Shown piece after piece: positions 9,050 through 17,846 of a stretch of 54,510 nt of DNA. The notes under the pieces were generated by a model. The model worked only from the letters and a program-made list of their open reading frames with translations, made no database searches and was not told the DNA's origin. Every line of letters begins with the position of its first letter. Position 1 is the first letter of the stretch. The translations under genes were made by a program, and so were the position numbers. Source of the DNA: Candidatus Lambdaproteobacteria bacterium RIFOXYD2_FULL_50_16. GTDB taxonomy: Bacteria; SAR324; XYD2-FULL-50-16. The stretch spans positions 70 through 54,579 of the forward strand of contig MFNE01000001.1 of assembly GCA_001783695.1 (NCBI GenBank), given 5' to 3'.

Positions 9050-11473
9050 ATGACTGAAAAATCAGAGAATAACATTATCACTCTGCCGATGTTGCCCATG
9101 CGTAACATCGTGGTTTTTCCCCATATGACCACCCCCTTTTTTATTGGCCGTCAACAGTCTATTGAGGCGCTCGAAGAGGCTTTGGCCGGGGATCGAGAAA
9201 TATTTGTGGTTGCGCAGAAAGACCCGATGATCGAAAAACCGGGCAACGAAGACCTGTACCAGATCGGCACCGTCGGTACGGTTTTGCAGATCATGCGTCT
9301 GCCCAACGGCACCATCAAAGCGCTTTTTGAAGCCAAGGCCCGTGGAAAAAGGCTGAAAGTCGATTTAGAAAGTACCGCTTATTCTGCTGAAGTCGAAAAG
9401 CTGGTTTGTCTGCCTGCCCGCGACTTAGAAACAGTTGCCTTGGTGCGCTCGGTCAAAGACGAACTTAAAAACTTCCTCAAGCGGGTTACCAAAGGGGTTG
9501 ATTCGGCAGAAAAGATTCTATCAGGCGACTATTCTCCCGGTGAAATGGCCGATCTGATCGCCCCGCTCTTGACCCTAGAGATCCAGCGCCAGCAAGACCT
9601 TCTAAACGAACTTAACGACAAAAAACGCTTAGAGATGGTTTACGCCCGGATGCTTGAAGAAGAAGAGCATAAAAAACTAGAACAAAAGCTTAAGGAACGG
9701 GTCCAAGGCCAAATTGGGCGAACCCAAAAAGAATATTACCTCAACGAACAAATGAAGGCGATTCAAAAGGAGCTTGGCTCTGAAGACGCCAAAGAGGAAT
9801 TTGAGGAATACGAAGAAAAAGTCCGCACCTCTGGGATGAACGAAGGGGCTCGCGAAGTGGCGTTAAAGGAGCTTAAAAAGCTCAAACAAATGCCCCCCAT
9901 GTCTTCGGAAGCCAACATTGTACGCACCTTTATCGACTGGTTGGTCACCGTCCCCTGGAAGGTCCAAACCCAAGACAACCTCTCGGTTGAACATTCCCAA
10001 GCGATCTTAGATGAGGATCACTATGGTTTAGATAAAGTAAAAGAGCGGATTATCGAATACATCGCTGTGGCCAATCTAGTGGGCAATCTAAGGGGCCCCA
10101 TTATTTGTTTAGTCGGCCCTCCAGGGGTGGGTAAAACCACCTTGGCCAGGAGTATTGCCCGCGCGTTAGAGCGGAAATTTGTGCGCCTTAGTTTAGGCGG
10201 GGTGCGCGACGAGGCCGAGATTCGCGGGCACCGGAGGACCTATATTGGTGCCATGCCTGGAAAGATAATTCAGTCGATGAAGAAGGCTAAGACCAACAAT
10301 CCGGTGATGCTCTTAGACGAGATCGACAAGATGGGTCAAAGCCATATGGGAGACCCGGCCTCGGCGCTTTTAGAGGTCTTAGACCCAGAACAAAACAAAG
10401 AGTTTATGGATCATTACCTTGAGGTCGAATACGACCTGTCCAAGGTTATGTTTATCTGCACCGCCAACAACAAGGCCGACATTCCCGCCCCCATGGTGGA
10501 CCGCCTAGAGATCATCGACCTCTCCGGTTATTCGGAGGTAGAGAAGGAAAAAATCGCCGAGCGCTATTTGGTCCCTCGCCAAAAGGAAGAAAACGGGCTC
10601 GCCGATAAACCGGTACTGATTCCTAAAGAAGGGGTTTTAGAAATAATCCGCTATTACACCCGCGAGGCTGGGGTGAGAAGCTTAGAGCGGTTAATCGCCA
10701 AGGTCTGCCGCAAAGCGGTCACCGAAATTGTCAAAGTACAATCAGGGGAACTAATCGAAGTCACCCCGACTAAGGTAAACGAGTACCTAGGGATTCGCAA
10801 ATACGACGACGACCATATCGACAAAAACAACGAGGTCGGGATTGTTAATGGCCTTGCCTGGACCTCGGTGGGGGGGGAGATGTTAACCATTGAGGTTAAC
10901 GTGATGAAAGGCACAGGTAAAATTCAATTAACCGGCAAGTTGGGCGAGGTAATGAAAGAGTCCGCCCAAGCGGCCCTTAGCTTTATCCGCTCTAACGCCA
11001 ATTCTTTGGGTATTTACGCCAAGGTTTTCGCTGACTTGGACATTCACGTCCACGTTCCCGAAGGGGCTACCCCTAAAGACGGACCTTCGGCAGGGGTCGC
11101 TATTACGACTGCTTTGGTATCTGCTTTGACAGGCATACCCATTAAGAAAACGGTGGCCATGACGGGCGAGATTACCTTACGAGGCAAGATCTTGCCGATT
11201 GGGGGCCTTAAAGAAAAACTCTTGGCGGCCAAGCGTAATCGATTGGAGATGGTGCTGATTCCCCTTGAAAACGAAAAGGACCTGTCTGAGATCGACAAAG
11301 AGATCACCGAAGGCATTGAGGTTAAGCCGCTGCGCCATGTGCGCGAGGTGCTTCGGCTCGCCTTAGAGCGTGAGCCCCAGACAGTCGATGAACAAGACTT
11401 GGTTAGCAGTGTGGTGCCACCTTTGGCAGCCAGTGACGGCTTTGGTGTTGAAATCCCGGCAAGCCATCATTAA
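9050..11473 (+). CDS. lon: ATP-dependent protease La (LonA)
   Basis: LON N-domain; Walker A GPPGVGKT; LLDEIDK; catalytic PKDGPSAG and Lys in IGGLKEK. Confidence 0.98.
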   Translation: MTEKSENNIITLPMLPMRNIVVFPHMTTPFFIGRQQSIEALEEALAGDREIFVVAQKDPMIEKPGNEDLYQIGTVGTVLQIMRLPNGTIKALFEAKARGKRLKVDLESTAYSAEVEKLVCLPARDLETVALVRSVKDELKNFLKRVTKGVDSAEKILSGDYSPGEMADLIAPLLTLEIQRQQDLLNELNDKKRLEMVYARMLEEEEHKKLEQKLKERVQGQIGRTQKEYYLNEQMKAIQKELGSEDAKEEFEEYEEKVRTSGMNEGAREVALKELKKLKQMPPMSSEANIVRTFIDWLVTVPWKVQTQDNLSVEHSQAILDEDHYGLDKVKERIIEYIAVANLVGNLRGPIICLVGPPGVGKTTLARSIARALERKFVRLSLGGVRDEAEIRGHRRTYIGAMPGKIIQSMKKAKTNNPVMLLDEIDKMGQSHMGDPASALLEVLDPEQNKEFMDHYLEVEYDLSKVMFICTANNKADIPAPMVDRLEIIDLSGYSEVEKEKIAERYLVPRQKEENGLADKPVLIPKEGVLEIIRYYTREAGVRSLERLIAKVCRKAVTEIVKVQSGELIEVTPTKVNEYLGIRKYDDDHIDKNNEVGIVNGLAWTSVGGEMLTIEVNVMKGTGKIQLTGKLGEVMKESAQAALSFIRSNANSLGIYAKVFADLDIHVHVPEGATPKDGPSAGVAITTALVSALTGIPIKKTVAMTGEITLRGKILPIGGLKEKLLAAKRNRLEMVLIPLENEKDLSEIDKEITEGIEVKPLRHVREVLRLALEREPQTVDEQDLVSSVVPPLAASDGFGVEIPASHH

Positions 11474-12377
11474 ACTGCCCGTTTTACTGGCGATATTAGG
11501 CCCCACTGCGAGCGGCAAAACCACCTTGGGGTTAGAGGTGGCCCAGGCCTTAGGGGCAGAGATTATTTCTGCCGACTCCATGCAAATTTACCGGGGCATG
11601 GACATTGGCACAGCCAAGCCTAGTCGGGCAGAGCGGGCCTTGGTGCCCCATCATTTGATCGATATTTTAAACCCCGATCAGCCTTACAACGTGGGCCAGT
11701 TTGTCACCCTGGCCCGGTCCGCTTTCGCAGAGCTTGAGTTAAAGAAAAAGCCCGCTTTGGTTCTTGGGGGTACGCACCTCTATATTAAAACCTTGACCGC
11801 TGGCCTGCCCCCTGCCCCTGCCGCCCCACCAGAACTCAAGGCCGACCTTTACCAACGTTTAACCCAAACCGGGGTGGCCCCTTTGTATGAAGAATTAAAA
11901 CGCCTAGACCCCCAAGTCGCCGAGCGCCTGCACCCCAATGACCAAGCGAGGGTGACAAGGGCGCTTGAGGTGTTTTTAGCCTTTGGCCGCTCGATCGACA
12001 GTTATCCCCGCTGCGCACCTGCCTACCGAACTTTTTTTATTGGGATTGAGTGGCCTCGCGAGGAGCTTTATCAAAGAATAAATCAACGAGCCATAGAAAT
12101 GGTTGAGTCAGGATTAGTCGCCGAGACCGAATCCTTACTTAACGCCGGGTATAAGCCCGAATTGCCCGCCATGGGAGCGATTGGATATAAACAAGCGGTC
12201 GAATATTTAAAGGGCCAAATTTCCAAAGAACAGATGATTGTTGAGCTTCAAACCCAAACCCGCCGCTATGCTAAAAAGCAACTCACTTGGTGTAAAAGTT
12301 TAGAAAATATCCATTGGGTGCCCCCAGGCCCACTCCAACCTGAACTACTAACCCAAATCCAGAAATTTTATGAGTAA
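11445..12377 (+). CDS. miaA: tRNA dimethylallyltransferase; start uncertain, near the lon stop
   Basis: GPTASGKT, DSMQIYRGMDIGTAKP, PHHLID, AIGYK, TRRYAKKQ.TW. Confidence 0.96.
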   Translation: MLKSRQAIIKLPVLLAILGPTASGKTTLGLEVAQALGAEIISADSMQIYRGMDIGTAKPSRAERALVPHHLIDILNPDQPYNVGQFVTLARSAFAELELKKKPALVLGGTHLYIKTLTAGLPPAPAAPPELKADLYQRLTQTGVAPLYEELKRLDPQVAERLHPNDQARVTRALEVFLAFGRSIDSYPRCAPAYRTFFIGIEWPREELYQRINQRAIEMVESGLVAETESLLNAGYKPELPAMGAIGYKQAVEYLKGQISKEQMIVELQTQTRRYAKKQLTWCKSLENIHWVPPGPLQPELLTQIQKFYE

Positions 12378-12939
12378 GCGCGCCCTTTACAACCCAGACA
12401 ACTGGTTGGTTTATCTTCGTATGCCCGATACAGCCCTATTAAAATTAGCCGAGGAAAGCCGTTACAAATCTACCGGCAAGGGGGGGCAGAAAAAAAATAA
12501 AACCGAAAATGCGGTTCGCCTAACCTTAGGAGACCTCTTGGTTACCGAGAGCGGGACCCGTTCCCAGGCGACTAACCGCTTGGGCGCTCTGAAAAAATTG
12601 AGACTGGCGATTGCGTTAGACTTAACAAAAGGCAGCGAGTTTAGGACCTTGATGAGTAGCCCACCTGAAGAGATTGTTCCTTATCTAGGAACTGCCGAAT
12701 TAAGGATCAACCCAAAAAATCCAGTTTACTCGATCTATATCGGTTATTTAATGGACCGATATGGGGCTCATTTCGGTGAGTTGGCTCCCTTAGCTAAGGA
12801 GCTTGGTTATTCTAGGACCCAGTTGACCCGTTTTATTGAGCGCACCCCTAGTTTAATCGGAAAGCTAGGTGAACTGGCGGGATACATAGAAACTCTGCGT
12901 TTTTTAAAAGGTTCCGTTCCCGTCGAGCCTGAGCAATAA
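12370..12939 (+). CDS. Peptide chain release factor-like GGQ-domain protein with C-terminal helical/HTH-like region
   Basis: STGKGGQKKNKTENAVRL and E...RSQ..NR..A...LR of the RF-1/ArfB/PrfH peptidyl-tRNA hydrolase domain; overlaps the miaA stop. Confidence 0.75.
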   Translation: MSKRALYNPDNWLVYLRMPDTALLKLAEESRYKSTGKGGQKKNKTENAVRLTLGDLLVTESGTRSQATNRLGALKKLRLAIALDLTKGSEFRTLMSSPPEEIVPYLGTAELRINPKNPVYSIYIGYLMDRYGAHFGELAPLAKELGYSRTQLTRFIERTPSLIGKLGELAGYIETLRFLKGSVPVEPEQ

Positions 12940-13022
12940 GAATAAAAAATTCTTGCCTAAAAAGCCCAGTCGTGGCAGTTCCTGAAACATTCGTTCCCTG
13001 TCTGTTTTTCAAAGAGAAGGTC

Positions 13023-13895
13023 TTGAAAACTCAAAAAATAACCAACCGAATCCTTATCGCCGACGACGAGCGGAGCGTTCGAGTCCTGCTAACCCAGTTT
13101 CTGGCAAAGCGTGGATACGAACTTTTCGAAGCCGCCGACGGCTATGAAACCATAGAAAAGGTAGATGAACATCTCCCCAACATTCTGCTTTTAGACCGCA
13201 ACATGCCGGGGCAAGATGGGCTTGAAGTCTGCCGGGAATTGCGCCAAGGTTCGCACCATCCTTTGCTTTACATAGTGCTATTTTCTGCCCACCAAGGGGC
13301 CGAAGAGATTGAAAAAGGACGCCAGGTCGGTGCCGATGCCTATCTGACCAAGCCCTGCGACCTAACCCTACTCCTAGAAACCATTGAAGAGGGGTTTAAA
13401 TCACTAGAAGAAAAAAGTAGGGCCTCGCTTGATCCCCTGACAAATCTCTTTAATCAGAACCACTTCGGGGTAACTTTGGAGCGTTTGGCGGCCCGAATCA
13501 ACGCCGGAACCGACGATCCCTGTACGGTCTTGATGCTAGACCTAGATCACTTCAAAGACGTAATCGAAACCTTTGGCGAAGAGCTGGCCGAGGTCGCTTT
13601 AAAGACCTACTCCCAACTATTGGGCGAGGTCACCCGGAAATACGACCTACCCTGCCGCTGGGAAGCAGATCGTTTTATGATGTTGCTGCCCGAAACCGAT
13701 TTGGACGCAGCCGAAATGATTGCCCTACGGATCCAAAAACAAACCGACGAGTTGGAGGTCGAAGGGGGGCTAAAGTTATCTGTAACCATCGGAATCGCCC
13801 GATTCAAACAAGACTCTTCCGAATTGGTGGAGCGAGTGAAGCGAGCCTTGGACGCCGCAAAATCCGAAGGTAGAGGCGGGTTAAAAATCCTCTGA
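13023..13895 (+). CDS. Response regulator receiver plus degenerate GGDEF domain protein; start TTG 13023, alternative 12972
   Basis: REC motifs ILIADD, LLLDRNMP, TKP; GGDEF fold DPLT, DLDHFK, with RKYDLPCRWEADRF in place of RxxDxxxRxGGEEF. Confidence 0.88.
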   Translation: MKTQKITNRILIADDERSVRVLLTQFLAKRGYELFEAADGYETIEKVDEHLPNILLLDRNMPGQDGLEVCRELRQGSHHPLLYIVLFSAHQGAEEIEKGRQVGADAYLTKPCDLTLLLETIEEGFKSLEEKSRASLDPLTNLFNQNHFGVTLERLAARINAGTDDPCTVLMLDLDHFKDVIETFGEELAEVALKTYSQLLGEVTRKYDLPCRWEADRFMMLLPETDLDAAEMIALRIQKQTDELEVEGGLKLSVTIGIARFKQDSSELVERVKRALDAAKSEGRGGLKIL

Positions 13896-13969
13896 TCCAT
13901 CTGTCTCGAACCCTTGCTCTAGCGCAAAAAAGGGAATAACCTGTCTAATTATATCCCAGAGACCGGTTT

Positions 13970-15766
13970 ATGAAAAAGATTGCCCTTTTTTTAGGTGTTT
14001 TGTTTGCCAGTGCTGGCGGGCTATGGGCCTTTAAGCAGCCTGATCTGGACAAGCTTTTGGCGTCAAAGGTCTGCAACAATTGTGATCTGACCAACGCCGC
14101 CATGCAAAACGCCGAGCTGGCTGGCGCAAATATGCGCGGAAGTAATCTAAGTCGGGCCAACCTGATGGGCGCCGACCTTACCAACGCCGACCTAACCGAG
14201 GTAAATTACACCCAAACCTACTTCGAAAACGCCACCTGGCCCAACGGGGAAAAGTGTAAAAAGGGCAGTTTCGGCAAATGTATTACCCTCAATCTGGAGC
14301 GAATTTCCAACCAAAAGAACTGTAAAGATTGCGCTATGCCATACGCATGGCTAGAAGAGGCCTATTTGCAAGGGGCTTTTTTAAAGGGCAGTGACTTTAA
14401 AGGTTCCAATCTGCACAAAGCGGTTTTAGTTAACGCCAACCTTGAGGAGGTTAACTTCACCGAGGCGAACCTGACCAAAGCCAACCTTACTGGTGCCGAG
14501 ATCAACAAAATCAACATGAATCACGTCAAGCTTGAAGACGCGATCTGGATCAATGGGGAGAAATGTTTGGCCGGTTCAACAGGTATGTGCCTTACCCAGG
14601 CTTGGTTCGACCTGCTTTCTAAAAAAACCTGCGACGGCTGCGTTTTGATCCGCATCCAAAAACCAGCACTCGATTTGCAGAGCGCCAAGATCAAAGACAG
14701 TAACTTCAAGGGGGGGGCCTTTCCAGGGACCAATTTTGCCAAAGCCGAATTGATCAACTCCGACTTTTCTGGCTCAGACTTAACTGACAGCAATTTTGAA
14801 GGCAGTAAACTTAAAAAAACCCGCTTCGCTAAGGTCAAGTTTGGCAAAACCAATTTCCAGCACGCCAACCTGGAAGAGGTGCGCATCGAAGGGGCTAGTT
14901 TAGCTGAATCCAATTTCACAGAAGCTAATTTTCAACAAGCAGAAATTACGGATTCAGACCTTTCCAAGGGGATTTTTACCAAGGTTGCCTTTAAAGACAC
15001 CGACTTTTCTAATTCAAATCTAAACCTTTCGGTGTTCGAAGAGGTCGATTTTGCCAATGTCCGCTTAACCGGAGCAACCTGGATTAACGGGCTAAAGTGT
15101 CTGGCTGGGAGCCAGGGGTTTTGTATCACTAAAAATGTTCAACAAACCTCTGGGCAAAAAACCTGCGCCAAATGCAGTCTGCCCTATGCAAACCTGTCGG
15201 CGATTAACCTAGAAAAGGTTGAACTTGCGGAGTCTTATTTATATCGGGCAAATTTAAGCCGAAGCAACCTGACCGGGGCACGTTTGGACAACGCGGATCT
15301 TACCCAAGCCAACCTAGTCAACGCCGACCTCTCCTTTACCAGCCTAGAGGGTGCCGATTTTTCTGGAGCGTTGTGGCCTGATGGGGTGGTATGCGCGCCT
15401 GGCTCCAAGAGTCGCTGTTTAACTGAAACCATCACTAAACTGTTTGCAGAAAAAAAGTGCAAAGCTTGTAGTCTGCCTTATGCCAATTTTTCGGGTACCT
15501 CTTTAGCTTGGTTCAACTTAAACGGATCTAGTTTAATCGGGGCGAACCTGACCAAGGCCAACCTGACCGGGGTCTTTTTGGAAAACGTCAACCTAACCAA
15601 AGCCAACCTAGAAGGGGCCACCCTGGTATCAGCCGACCTCACTGGGGCTAGTTTAGAAGGGGCTAATTTAAAAAACGCCGATCTTTCTGGCGCTACCTGG
15701 ACAAACGGGCGCGTATGTCGCCCTGGCTCTTTGGGCGAATGCAAACTGCTCGGAGCCCCCAACTGA
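13970..15766 (+). CDS. Secreted pentapeptide-repeat protein with five Cys-capped modules
   Basis: Signal peptide MKKIALFLGVLFASAGGLWA; A(N/D)LxxA repeats; five CxxC...W..G..C..GS...C units. Confidence 0.9.
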   Translation: MKKIALFLGVLFASAGGLWAFKQPDLDKLLASKVCNNCDLTNAAMQNAELAGANMRGSNLSRANLMGADLTNADLTEVNYTQTYFENATWPNGEKCKKGSFGKCITLNLERISNQKNCKDCAMPYAWLEEAYLQGAFLKGSDFKGSNLHKAVLVNANLEEVNFTEANLTKANLTGAEINKINMNHVKLEDAIWINGEKCLAGSTGMCLTQAWFDLLSKKTCDGCVLIRIQKPALDLQSAKIKDSNFKGGAFPGTNFAKAELINSDFSGSDLTDSNFEGSKLKKTRFAKVKFGKTNFQHANLEEVRIEGASLAESNFTEANFQQAEITDSDLSKGIFTKVAFKDTDFSNSNLNLSVFEEVDFANVRLTGATWINGLKCLAGSQGFCITKNVQQTSGQKTCAKCSLPYANLSAINLEKVELAESYLYRANLSRSNLTGARLDNADLTQANLVNADLSFTSLEGADFSGALWPDGVVCAPGSKSRCLTETITKLFAEKKCKACSLPYANFSGTSLAWFNLNGSSLIGANLTKANLTGVFLENVNLTKANLEGATLVSADLTGASLEGANLKNADLSGATWTNGRVCRPGSLGECKLLGAPN

Positions 15767-16683
15767 TGAACCCAGGCCCCCAACTCTTGATTTTAGCTGC
15801 GGGGATTGGTAGCCGCTACGGCGGCACCAAACAATTGGGCAATTTTGGCCCCTCGGGGGAATCGTTAATCGAGTATGCATTGTACGACGCGGCCCAAGCC
15901 GGATTTTCCAAGGTTTGTTTGGTGATCCGCCCAGAACTAGAAGAAGCTTTTTTAAGCCGACTTAGCCCCTACCAAGACCTTATCGAAATCACCTATGCCC
16001 ACCAAACCTTAGCGCAACAATTAGGTGGTTTTACCCCTCCAAAAGACCGGATTAAGCCTTGGGGCACTGGCCAAGCGGTACTTTGCGCCAAAGACGAAAT
16101 TACCCAGCCCTTTGCGGTTATTAATGCCGACGATTTTTATGGGGCCAAAGCCTATCAAATCATGGGGGATTGGTTGCGCAAGCGAACCCCGACTGAAGCT
16201 CGTTACGCATTGCTTGGCTACCCACTAAAAAACACCCTCTCCCCACACGGCACCGTCAGCCGAGGGATTTGTGCTCAAGAGGATGACCAGTTGGTCTCCC
16301 TTGAAGAACATACCCAGATTAGATATGAACAGGAGCAGATCTACGACTTTAGCCAAGATCACCCCCGTCCTCTGTCCCATAACACCCCGGTTTCGATGAA
16401 CTTTTGGGGGTTTACCCCGCTGATTTTTCAAACCCTTGAATTGGGTTTTAACCATTTTTTACAAACCCGTGGGGCAGAGCTTAAGTCCGAGTATTATATA
16501 ACCAGCCCCATAGATAATCTAGTAAAAACCAATCAAGCCCAAATTACCTTGCTACCTTGCGAGGAGCATTGGATGGGGGTGACCTACCCAGAAGACAAGC
16601 TGGCTTTAGAGACGGGGCTCTTAGAGCTTCACCAAAGACGCCAATATCCTAAGACTTTAAAGCCCCTTATTATCCCTGGTTAA
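15766..16683 (+). CDS. Sugar-phosphate nucleotidyltransferase (NTP_transferase family)
   Basis: LILAAGIGSRYGG.KQ, R.KPWGTG.A, INADDFYG, SMNFWGF, W.GVTY..D; TGATG overlap with the upstream stop. Confidence 0.88.
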   Translation: MNPGPQLLILAAGIGSRYGGTKQLGNFGPSGESLIEYALYDAAQAGFSKVCLVIRPELEEAFLSRLSPYQDLIEITYAHQTLAQQLGGFTPPKDRIKPWGTGQAVLCAKDEITQPFAVINADDFYGAKAYQIMGDWLRKRTPTEARYALLGYPLKNTLSPHGTVSRGICAQEDDQLVSLEEHTQIRYEQEQIYDFSQDHPRPLSHNTPVSMNFWGFTPLIFQTLELGFNHFLQTRGAELKSEYYITSPIDNLVKTNQAQITLLPCEEHWMGVTYPEDKLALETGLLELHQRRQYPKTLKPLIIPG

Positions 16684-16686
16684 CCT

Positions 16687-17145
16687 ATGCATTTTGCAGA
16701 TTCCTTAGCGCTTGTTGCCATCGACCTGAACTTAAAGGCCGATTCCCCAATTGAGGTTTTAGAAGCTTTGGTCCGCTTGGCATCTAAGTCTCATCCCTTT
16801 GCTGCGCCAAACCAAATTGTTTCGGTGTTAATTGAGCGCGAAAACCTCTCAACTACGGGTATAGGTGGAGGCATCGCGGTTCCGCACTGCAAAACCGAGC
16901 AGGCAGACCGGTTAATTATGGCCTTTGGCCGCGCCCCAGGCGGGGTTGAATTTAAGGCGCTTGATCAAAAACCGGTGCAACTTTTTTTTCTATTATTGGC
17001 CCCAATCGAAGCCGCCAATACCCATCTAAAGGCACTGGCTAAAATCGCCCGATTTGCCAAAGACTCGGCGGTTATTGACTCACTGTTAAATCTGGAAAGT
17101 CCACAAGCAGTTCACCAATTTTTGGCAGAACAATCAAAGGGTTAA
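16687..17145 (+). CDS. ptsN: PTS IIA (nitrogen-regulatory, Fru/Mtl family)
   Basis: ERE.L.TTGIG.GIAVPH phospho-His motif; F.ALD.KPV.LFFLL; HLKALA.IAR. Confidence 0.88.
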   Translation: MHFADSLALVAIDLNLKADSPIEVLEALVRLASKSHPFAAPNQIVSVLIERENLSTTGIGGGIAVPHCKTEQADRLIMAFGRAPGGVEFKALDQKPVQLFFLLLAPIEAANTHLKALAKIARFAKDSAVIDSLLNLESPQAVHQFLAEQSKG

Positions 17146-17541
17146 ATGGAAGTTAGCCTCTTAGTGATCACCCACGGGTCCTTAGCCCAAGAATTGGTCT
17201 CTGTGGCCCAAATGATGTTAGAGCGCCCCCTTAACGTGCAGGCGGTCTGTCTCGCTTTAAAGGGGAGCAACGCTAAATACGCAGGTCAGGTCAACCAAGC
17301 GATCAAAGCGATCCCCGAAGGCAACCGAGTGATCGCCTTAACCGATATTTTTGGCGGGACCCCTTCGAATCTCCTTTTGCCATTTCTGCAAAAAGACCGA
17401 CTAGAAGTGATCACCGGGGTCAATCTGGGATTACTTATACACCTATTATCGAGCAAATTAGAAGGCAGTCTTAGCGATATTTGCAATTCGGCCAAACAGG
17501 CCGGGCAAGAAGCTATTTTAGTAGCCGGAGATTTTTTGTGA
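17146..17541 (+). CDS. PTS IIA, mannose/fructose family
   Basis: VITHG.LA, LTDIFGGTPSN, EVITGVNL. Confidence 0.9.
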   Translation: MEVSLLVITHGSLAQELVSVAQMMLERPLNVQAVCLALKGSNAKYAGQVNQAIKAIPEGNRVIALTDIFGGTPSNLLLPFLQKDRLEVITGVNLGLLIHLLSSKLEGSLSDICNSAKQAGQEAILVAGDFL

Positions 17542-17846
17542 TAGGGCTGCGAATTTTAGCCCGTTTACTAGATTGGGCCTTGGCTTTAGTGCTGCACTTG
17601 GCGGTTATACATTGGGTTGGCCCCCTGGCTTGGCCGCCCTTGCTTAGTTACTTATTACTCGAACTGGTCTTTGCCGTGAGCAATCAGGACTCGCCGGGGA
17701 AAAGGCTTTGTGGAATCAAGCTCTTGGGTTTAGGCCGTTTTAAAAGAATAGGGCGCGAGTTAGGGTTGTTTTGCTTGTGGCCCATTTTGATCTGGAATTG
17801 GTTCCCTAGGCCAGCGCCTTGGGGAGGTGAGGTTGTTCGTGGATAA
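17538..17846 (+). CDS. Short RDD-like membrane protein; GTG start overlaps the upstream TGA
   Basis: R.LA.LLD, two TM helices, SPGKRL.GI motif; last conserved Asp segment of RDD not evident. Confidence 0.55.
   Translation: MIGLRILARLLDWALALVLHLAVIHWVGPLAWPPLLSYLLLELVFAVSNQDSPGKRLCGIKLLGLGRFKRIGRELGLFCLWPILIWNWFPRPAPWGGEVVRG

Noticed and set aside
11370-11444. Long miaA N-terminus overlapping lon
   Set aside because: MiaA homology starts near 11470; the extension is open-frame run-through
13970-15766. Multiheme cytochrome or Qnr/MfpA resistance protein
   Set aside because: CxxC motifs lack the following His; the signal peptide argues against a cytoplasmic gyrase-protecting role
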